A DNA stretch of 63,995 nt, counting the filler, from Octopus bimaculoides (taxonomy: Eukaryota), in NCBI RefSeq assembly GCF_001194135.2. It is 7 parts of 7 records of this genome, joined end to end, with 100 filler letters (N's around TTAATTAATTAA, not from the genome) between each part and the next. Parts side by side here need not be neighbours in the genome. Positions count along the whole stretch, not along the records: positions 60,402 to 63,995 come from NC_068996.1; 6 more parts are not named here. The stretch is one strand, 5' to 3'. Positions 63,245 to 63,995 of the stretch are shown here, piece by piece (position 1 is the first letter of the stretch; every line of letters begins with the position of its first letter). Position numbers and translations under genes: made by a program. The notes below the pieces were generated by a model, which did not search any database, was not told the origin of the DNA, and was given only the letters and a program-made list of their open reading frames with translations.

Positions 63245-63596
63245 CTAGTTTTCCTCTTTTCAAGGTTGCATTGGCACATTTTTCTTGGCCAAATTTCATG
63301 CTTATTTCAAGTTTGCTTTGACACATTATTGTTTCTCTGAAAGACACTCGGATAGTTCTTAATTACCGCTTATTCTTTACTTGAAAGCAGGCAATAACAA
63401 CTCACCAAAGGTTTCAAGTATTGCCTTCTCCGGTGACTCTAAGAAACAATACTTTCCTTAGAATGCGATCTTACCTAACAATGGTGTCTTCTAGATCACT
63501 TCGAGCCTGACAGCTTCTCCAATCTTGTAATGTTCGTTTTCCATTACTCCCTCTGGCTTCTGTTCATACCATTGTTCAGCTCTCTCTCTGGCCACA
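63245..63596 (-). mobile_element. Scrambled Dong/R4 fragments
   Basis: ISMKFGQEKCANATLKRGKLV (RT region, about 63245-63310) and ERAEQWYEQKPEGVMENEHYKI (about 63520-63596). Confidence 0.6.
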
Positions 63597-63995
63597 TTAT
63601 TATTATTATTATTCAGTAGTTTTATTTTTATCACGTGCTTTCACTTCACTACCGAGCGCAGCTCTGTGCGCCTTGGGTATGTGCTGTGGTTTGCTGTGGT
63701 GCTCTTATGTTTACTGTATTGAAAGTGTTTTGCGTAGAATGTGTGCAGTGCCCAGTAGTGCAATTTTCTGTATGTTATATATATTTGTAAGTCCTGCTAT
63801 TTTTGTTATGTATTTGTCTGAATATTTTTTTATTATACCTAATGCACCTACTATGATAGGAATTGTTTCTGTTTTTAGATTCCACATTCGAGTTATCTCT
63901 ATTTCCAGGTCTTTGTATTTTGAAAGTTTTTCCATTTCTTTTAGAGAAACGTTGTCATCTGCTGGTATTGATACATCAATTAGAAAGCATTTTTT
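63597..63995 (-). mobile_element. Dong/R4-clade LINE 3' end with restriction-like endonuclease
   Basis: CFLIDVSIPADDNVSLKEMEKLSKYKDLEIEITRMW..IPIIVGALG..LLGTAHILRK; 3' UTR ends in (TAA)n. Confidence 0.85.

Noticed and set aside
62893-63347. Poly-S/F/E/K/R ORFs
   Set aside because: These are translations of the (TTC)n microsatellite; only the flanking MKFGQEKCA segment is LINE-derived.

Overview
Eukaryotic, AT-rich, repeat-dominated genomic DNA. I infer a cephalopod (Octopus-like) source from the SINE families and the extreme microsatellite density. Roughly 8 kb is N gaps, and six gaps contain an artificial TTAATTAATTAA spacer, so adjacency across them is unreliable. No host protein-coding gene can be supported; most listed ORFs are microsatellite or N-gap artefacts. 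The window is a transposable-element mosaic: tRNA-derived SINEs (3-4 families), mariner and maT-like DNA transposons, Gypsy (Mag-like) LTR fragments, Tx1/L1, Hero, Dong/R4, RTE and CR1/L2-like LINEs, a rearranged Penelope-like element and Helentron-like non-autonomous elements. The most notable signals are at RNA level. (1) Two hammerhead-ribozyme-like motifs have core segments in non-circularly permuted order (NUC, then GAAA, then CUGAUGA): 3302-3366, and the 3' UTR of a Hero LINE at 14985-15098. (2) Three minimal type I hammerheads carry a compensatory U3:A8 core (31622-31664, 60816-60858, 62499-62541); two of them sit in inverted termini of a Penelope-like element. (3) Two Tx1-clade LINE copies are each bounded on both sides by (GATA)n arrays, suggesting microsatellite targeting. 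All alignments and folds were done by eye. Most element boundaries are approximate, and clade names come from recalled family motifs, not database searches.
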